A DNA stretch of 64,000 bases, taken from contig NIVC01000561.1 of the NCBI GenBank assembly GCA_002269645.1, positions 62,001-126,000 on the forward strand. The letters run 5' to 3'. The stretch is from Macrostomum lignano. Lineage: Eukaryota. Below the pieces are notes generated by a model that was not told the DNA's origin, ran no database searches, and saw nothing but the letters and a program-made list of their open reading frames with translations. Positions 56,351-64,000 of this stretch are shown here, in pieces (position 1 is the first letter of the stretch; the number at the start of each line of letters is the position of its first letter). The position numbers were made by a program, and so were the translations under genes.

Positions 56351-59300
56351 TCACAGCGCAGAGTCAATCTGTCTCAGCAGGTACTTCAAATCCTCATCCG
56401 TGACGCCTTTCTTAGACACCACACGGCGCGCCTCGTTAACAATGGCGGTCAGGTCGCCGCCGCCGCTGCCGTTGCCATTGGCAACCAAGGCGTTGTGCAG
56501 CCGCCGGGACAGCGTGGCCAGCTCCGGGTGCAGGACCTCCTGGGCCGCAGAGGCCAGCCGCTGGGAGCGGAACGCCGCCGTGGTCTCATCAGGCGTGAGC
56601 CAGCGAGCCCGGCCGTGACTCACCGGTGGCAGGCGAGCGCCAGAGGAGCCGAGGAACTGCACCGAGGCCTCCGTGACCACCCCGCGTCTGCGGCCACCGC
56701 CACCGCGGTCCCAGATCTGCAGCAGCCACCGGCCGGCGGGGTTCTCGTCCCAGTTGAGCAGCGTCAGGAATGTCTGCGGGTTAGGGGTGTGTGGGAAATG
56801 CTTTTTAGAGGTGTGGGATTCACGTTTTAGAGGTATGGGACTCGCTTTTTAGAGGTGGGGTTCACCTTTTTAGAGGAGCAGACTGAGTGTGGGATCTGAG
56901 CAGACTGGGTGTGGGATCTAAGTAGATTAAGTGTGGGATCTGAGCTGATTAAGTGTGGGATCTGAGCAGATTAAGTGTGGGATCTGAGCAGATTAAGTGT
57001 GGGATCTGAGCTGATTAAGTGTGGGATCTGAGCAGATTAAGTGTGGGATCTGAGCAGATTAAGTGTGGGATCTGAGCAGATTAAGTGTGGGATCTGAGCA
57101 GATTAAGTGTGGGATCTGAGCTGATTAAGTGTGGGATCTGAGCAGATTAAGTGTGGGATCTGAGCTGATTAAGTGTGGGATCTGAGCTGATTAAGTGTGG
57201 GATCTGAGCAGATTAAGTGTGGGATCTGAGCAGATTAAGTGTGGGATCTGAGCTGATTAAGTGTGGGATCTGAGCTGATTAAGTGTGGGATCTGAGCAGA
57301 TTAAGTGTGGGATCTGAGCTGATTAAGTGTGGGATCTGAGCTGATTAAGTGTGGGATCTGAGCAGACTGGGTGTGGGATCTAAGTAGATTAAGTGTGGGA
57401 TCTGAGCTGATTAAGTGTGGGATCTGAGCAGATTAAGTGTGGGATCTGAGCTGATTAAGTGTGGGATCTGAGCTGATTAAGTGTGGGATCTGAGCAGACT
57501 GGGTGTGGGATCTAAGTAGATTAAGTGTGGGATCTGAGCTGATTAAGTGTGGGATCTGAGCTGATTAAGTGTGGGATCTGAGCTGATTAAGTGTGGGATC
57601 TGAGCAGATTAAGTGTGGGATCTGAGCAGATTAAGTGTGGGATCTGAGCAGATTAAGTGTGGGATCTGAGCAGATTAAGTGTGGGATCTGAGCAGATTAA
57701 GTGTGGGATCTGAGCAGATTAAGTGTGGGATCTGAGCAGATTAAGTGTGGGATCTGAGCAGATTAAGTGTGGGATCTGAGCAGATTAAGTGTGGGATCTG
57801 AGCCGATTAAGTGTGGGATCTGAGCAGATTAATAGTGGGATCTGGCTGTGTAATATCACTAAGCTAAACAATTACATCCCGAGCAGAGCTGTCACCTGAT
57901 TCTTAATCCCCACACGGTTGTCCTTATCCTTGGGCCGCATTCCCAGCAGCCGGGACTCGGTGCCCGCAGGCGATTTCAGCCAGATTTCCACTGCGCCTCG
58001 CATTGCCATGCCCTGCATTGTCAGGGTGACCAGCACGTGCTCCAGCCGCTTCAGGGTGCCGTTGCAGCCCCGGCTGTCGAAGGGCAGAGTCAGCGGCTTG
58101 CGAGAGGGCACCCGGCTGCGGCGGGGGGGGGGGGGGCGGCGTGATGATGATGTAGGCCGAGATCTACCAGAACTACTCAGAAATCTAATCTGAACTACTC
58201 AGAAATCTACCTGAACTACTCAGAAATCTAATCTGAACTACTCAGAAATCTAATCTGAACTACTCAGAAATCTACCTGAACTACTCAGAAATCTAATCTG
58301 AACTACTCAGAAATCTACCTGAACTACTCAGAAATCTACCTGAACTACTCAGAAATCTACCTGAACTCTACTCAGAAATCTACCTGAACTACTCAGAAAT
58401 CTACCTGAACTACTCAGAAATCTACCTGAACTACTCAGAAATCTACCTGAACTACTCAGAAATCTACCTGAACTACTCAGAAATCTACCTGAACTACTCA
58501 GAAATCTACCTGAACTACTCAGAAATCTACCTGAACTACTCAGAAATCTACCTGAACTACTCAGAAATCTACCTGAACTACTCAGAAATCTACCTGAACT
58601 ACTCAGAAATCTACCTGAACTACTCAGAAATCTACCTGAACTCTACTCAGAAATCTACCTGAACTACTCAGAAATCTACCTGAACTACTCAGAAATCTAC
58701 CTGAACTACTCAGAAATCTACCTGAACTACTCAGAAATCTACCTGAACTACTCAGAAATCTACCTGAACTCTACTCAGAAATCTACCTGAACTACTCAGA
58801 AATCTACCTGAACTACTCAGAAATCTACCTGAACTACTCAGAAATCTACCTGAACTCTACTCAGAAATCTACCTGAACTACTCAGAAATCTACCTGAACT
58901 ACTCAGAAATCTACCTGAACTACTCAGAAATCTACCTGAACTACTCAGAAATCTACCTGAACTACTCAGAAATCTACCTGAACTACTCAGAAATCTACCT
59001 GAACTACTCAGAAATCTACCTGAACTACTCAGAAATCTACCTGAACTCTACTCAGAAATCTACCTGAACTACTCAGAAATCTACCTGAACTACTCAGAAA
59101 TCTACCTGAACTACTCAGAAATCTACCTGAACTACTCAGAAATCTACCTGAACTACTCAGAAATCTACCTGAACTACTCAGAAATCTACCTGAACTCTAC
59201 TCAGAAATCTACCTGAACTACTCAGAAATCTACCTGAACTACTCAGAAATCTACCTGAACTACTCAGAAATCTACCTGAACTCTACTCAGAAATCTACCT

Positions 59301-61531
59301 GAACTACTCAGAAATCTACCTGAACTACTCAGAAATCTACTTGAACTACTCAGAAATCTACCTGAACTACTCAGAAATCTACCTGAACTACTCAGAAATC
59401 TACCTGAACTACTAAGAAATCTACCTGAACTACTCAGAAATCTACCTGAACTCTACTCAGAAATCTACCTGAACTACTCAGAAATCTACCTGAACTACTC
59501 AGAAAACTACCTGAACTCTACTCAGAAATCTACCTGAACTACTCAGAAATCTACCTGAACTACTCAGAAATCTACCTGAACTACTCAGAAATCTACCTGA
59601 ACTCTACTCAGAAATCTACCTGAACTACTCAGAAAACTACCTGAACTACTCAGAAATCTACCTGAACTACTCAGAAATCTACCTGAACTCTACTCAGAAA
59701 TCTACCTGAACTACTCAGAAAACTACCTGAACTACTCAGAAATCTACCTGAACTACTCAGAAAACTACCTGAACTCTACTCAGAAATCTACCTGAACTAC
59801 TCAGAAAACTACCTGAACTACTCAGAAATCTACCTGAACTACTAAGAAATCTACCTGAACTACTCAGAAATCTACCTGAACTACTCAGAAATCTACCTGA
59901 ACTACTCAGAAATCTACCTGAACTACTCAGAAAACTACCTGAACTACTAAGAAATCTACCTGAACTCTACTCAGAAATCTACCTGAACTACTCAGAAATC
60001 TACCTGAACTACTCAGAAATCTACCTGAACTACTCAGAAATCTACCTGAACTACTCAGAAATCTACCTGAACTACTCAGAAAACTACCTGAACTACTAAG
60101 AAATCTACCTGAACTCTACTCAGAAATCTACCTGAACTACTCAGAAATCTACCTGAACTACTCAGAAATCTACCTGAACTACTCAGAAATCTACCTGAAC
60201 AGCTCAGAATTCAGCAATTCCACTCACAATTTGCCACGATACGGTTTTGCATCTCTGCAATCAATTTGATCAGTCACTCCAGGCCAAGTCTGAGCAGTGA
60301 ACACGAGTTTAGCGCAGTCCAGCAGTCCGAAGCCGGCATGATGCGACACGTGATGGCCCGCCCCGTTGACCTGCCAAGATTGAATTTTCGGATCGCCTTT
60401 GCCGCTGCTGGGCAGCCGGGCACTCCTGGACAGCAGGTGCTGGACATCTCTCCAGCTGAGCTCAGGATTGGCCTGCAGAGCCAAGGCTACACAGGAGGAC
60501 ACCAGAGGCGTGGCAGCGCTGGTCCCGGACATCTCTTTGAAGCAGCCGCCATTGACCATGGTTGTGGTGACCAGGTAGTCTGGCAGCTTAGAGTTGGGCG
60601 TGTGCGGACCGCCAACAGGTGCGGACACGTGGATGGCCGAGCAGCTCTCGCCGTAGTAGGGAGTCCGGCCGAAGATGTTCAGCGCTCCAACGGCGATGGT
60701 GTGCGGATTGTTCACGAAGCCGTCTGCGCCGCAGTTGTCCGCGTTCTTGCCGCCTGTTGTTGTGCGGTTGTGGCAAAGGTGTACAAGTCTGCAGACTCCC
60801 GTGTTTACAGATCGAGCTCAAATCTGGACATCTCAACAATCCCTTCTCACGAATCAATACTTATTGGGATCACTCGAGGATCAAGGCGCGGATCTCTGGA
60901 TGATCAGGGGTTGGATCTCTGGATGATACGAGGGCGGATCTCTGGATAATCAAGGGGCGGATTGCTGGATGATCAAGGGGCGGATTGCTGGATGATCAAG
61001 GGGCGGATTGCTGGATGATCAAGGGGCGGATCGCAGGGTCATCAAGGGGTGGATCGCAGAAAGGGTCAAGGGGCGGATCAAGAGGTGGATCGCAGGGTCA
61101 TCAAGGGGCGGATCGTAGGGTGGTGAAGGGGCAGATCGCAGGGTAACTAAGGGGCGTATCGCAGAGAGGATCAAGGGGCGGATGTCAGGGTGATCAAAGA
61201 GCGGATGCAGGGGCGGAACTCACCATTTCCGCTGGCCATGACAAACAGGCTGCCCTTGCCACCGCGGCCCTTAGACACGCCCAGCTGCAGTGCCTTAGAC
61301 GTGTAAAACTTCGGCATGTCCATCACCAGCCCGTTGTCCCTGGGCCCCCAGCTGCAGGAGTACACGCTGATGTACTGGTTATTGTGCAGAATGGCGTACG
61401 CCTCCAGCAGGTCGGTGACCACGCCGTCAAGAATTCGAATGCCGCCGAGTTTGGCGTTGAAGGCCACCCCGATGCCGCAGAAGCTGTTGTTGGCCAGGGC
61501 GCCGATCTCCCCGGCGCATGCGGTGCCGTGG
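56351..61531 (-). CDS. Kexin/furin-type proprotein convertase (peptidase S8B plus P domain), 5'-partial
   Basis: Exons 61531..61224 (HGTACAGE, SWGP, ASGNG), 60753..60228 (DNCGADG, GTSAATP, WRDVQH, GFGLLD), 58115..57896 (LEHV, SPAGT) and 56773..56351 (WDENPAGRW) are all phase-consistent. No prodomain or catalytic-Asp exon was recognised in the window. Confidence 0.92.
56880..57842. repeat. 22-bp minisatellite (GATTAAGTGTGGGATCTGAGCA)n, about 43 copies, convertase intron
   Basis: Direct reading. Confidence 0.96.
58160..60205. repeat. 21-bp minisatellite (CTACTCAGAAATCTACCTGAA)n, about 95 copies, convertase intron
   Basis: Direct reading. Confidence 0.97.
60878..61218. repeat. About 23-bp minisatellite (GGATGATCAAGGGGCGGATTGCT)n, convertase intron
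   Basis: Direct reading. It degenerates toward the donor at 61223. Confidence 0.88.
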
Positions 61532-61542
61532 CTGTTGGGTGA

Positions 61543-62150
<608 letters not shown>

Positions 62151-62179
62151 AATAATTATTTAGACAAGCATAAAAAGGG

Positions 62180-63095
62180 AAAATGAGAAGACAGGAATGT
62201 GAAGACAGGAATGAGAAGACAGGAATGAGAAGACAGAAATGACAAGACAGGAGTGAGAAGACAGTGAAGTCAATCAGGGATCAGTCAATTGACAAATCAA
62301 TTGACAAATCAATCAGTCAATCAGGGATGAGAAGACAGGAATGAGAAGACAGTGATGAGAAGACAGTGATGAGAAGACAGTGATGAGAAGACAGGGATGA
62401 GAAGACAGGGATGAGAAGACAGTGATGAGAAGACAGTGATGAGAAGACAGTGATGAGAAGACAGGGATGAGGAGATGACAGGGATGAGAAGACAGGGATG
62501 AGAAGACAGGGATGAGAAGACAGGGATGAGAAGACAGTGATGAGAAGACAGGGATGAGAAGACAGTGATGAGAAGACAGGGATGAGAAGACAGTGATGAG
62601 AAGACAGGGATGAGGAGATGACAGGGATGAGAAGACAGGGATGAGAAGACAGGGATGAGAAGACAGGGATGAGAAGACAGGGATGAGAAGACAGGGATGA
62701 GGAGATGACAGGGATGAGAAGACAGGGATGAGAAGACAGGGATGAGATGACAGGGATGAGAAGACAGGGATGAGAAGACAGTGATGAGAAGACAGGGATG
62801 AGGAGATGACAGGGATGAGAAGACAGGGATGAGAAGACAGGGATGAGAAGATAGGAATGAGAAGACAGTGATGAGAAGACAGGGATGAGAAGACAGGTAT
62901 GAGAAGACAGTGGTGAGAAGACAGTGATGAGAAGACAGAGATGAGAAGACAGGGATGAGAAGACAGGCATGAGAAGACAGGGATGAGAAGACAGGGATGA
63001 GAAGACAGGGATGAGAAGACAGGAATGAGAAGAAAGGAATGAGAAGACAGGAATGAGAAGACAGGGATGAGAAGACTGGAATGAGAAGACAGGAA
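62180..63095. repeat. 15-bp minisatellite (GATGAGAAGACAGGG)n, about 60 copies
   Basis: Direct reading. Confidence 0.94.
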
Positions 63096-63714
63096 AGATA
63101 TTAAAAGTGAAGACATGCAAGGCACTGATATTTGCCTCAGAAAAAATCACATTGCGAAGTGCAAACAAATGCTAAAAAGAACATCACTAACAATTTAGTT
63201 AAACTGTCAATCAAATGACTGGTATCGGCCTGCCTGTCTATTAGCAGTATTTGAAATAGAACGCCCTAAAAGTAAGCTTAAATATTTTTTCTACGACTAT
63301 GTAAAATCTGCACTGCAGCCAGACTGAGTGAGTTAAGCGAGTACTCAGATACAAGCTAGCTCATGCCCCCTTTGCAGTGCACCGCCACGTGCCCTCAGCT
63401 GCGAGTGGAAGGCACTGCTGAGTTTTTCTGCTTTACCCCCAGCTATTCTCAGATAAACACTCGGCACACTGGAGGGGCAGGCACAGAATCCAAGCAATGA
63501 GAATATTTTCTAGATGTTTTCCAGCTTAGCTGGGGCTAAGAATAATGACAATTTTTCCGCTTCAAGCCTACACTCTGTGTCTCTTATTCTTCGCCTTTAT
63601 TGCCTTTATATTGCTGAATACACTGCAGCCTGGCATAACAACAGAGCGAATAGCCTTGGCTGTTTCTAGTTCAATAGCTTTGTGACCGTGACATTGGGGC
63701 GGAGAGAGCAGCAC

Positions 63715-64000
<286 letters not shown>

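Overview
Eukaryotic, intron-containing, gene-dense DNA. The minisatellite load and codon style suggest an invertebrate, possibly a free-living flatworm such as Macrostomum (inference only). About ten protein-coding genes can be assembled by hand from GT-AG junctions: a Pim-type kinase, a PLEKHG-like DH-PH RhoGEF, a small coiled-coil orphan, an unassigned multi-pass membrane protein, an Amt ammonium transporter, a small protein with SAXO/Mn-like motifs, a TMPPE-like metallophosphoesterase, a SULT-family sulfotransferase with an unusual N-terminal extension, a large orphan beta-hairpin-repeat protein, and the 3' part of a kexin/furin-type convertase. Almost every large intron holds its own tandem array (units 11-50 bp or microsatellites), and most long ORFs in the supplied track are translations of these arrays. 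Main observations: intron-private minisatellites, some matching their own splice junctions or carrying splice-site-like motifs; same-strand gene runs with 3' splice acceptors next to the start codons (possible SL trans-splicing or operons); a cluster of three TIR/TSD-bounded non-autonomous DNA transposons at 45-47 kb; an E-box array in an amt intron; and one hairpin satellite core shared by two arrays 47 kb apart. No rRNA, convincing tRNA or CRISPR array was seen. All coordinates, copy numbers and identities were counted by eye and are approximate.
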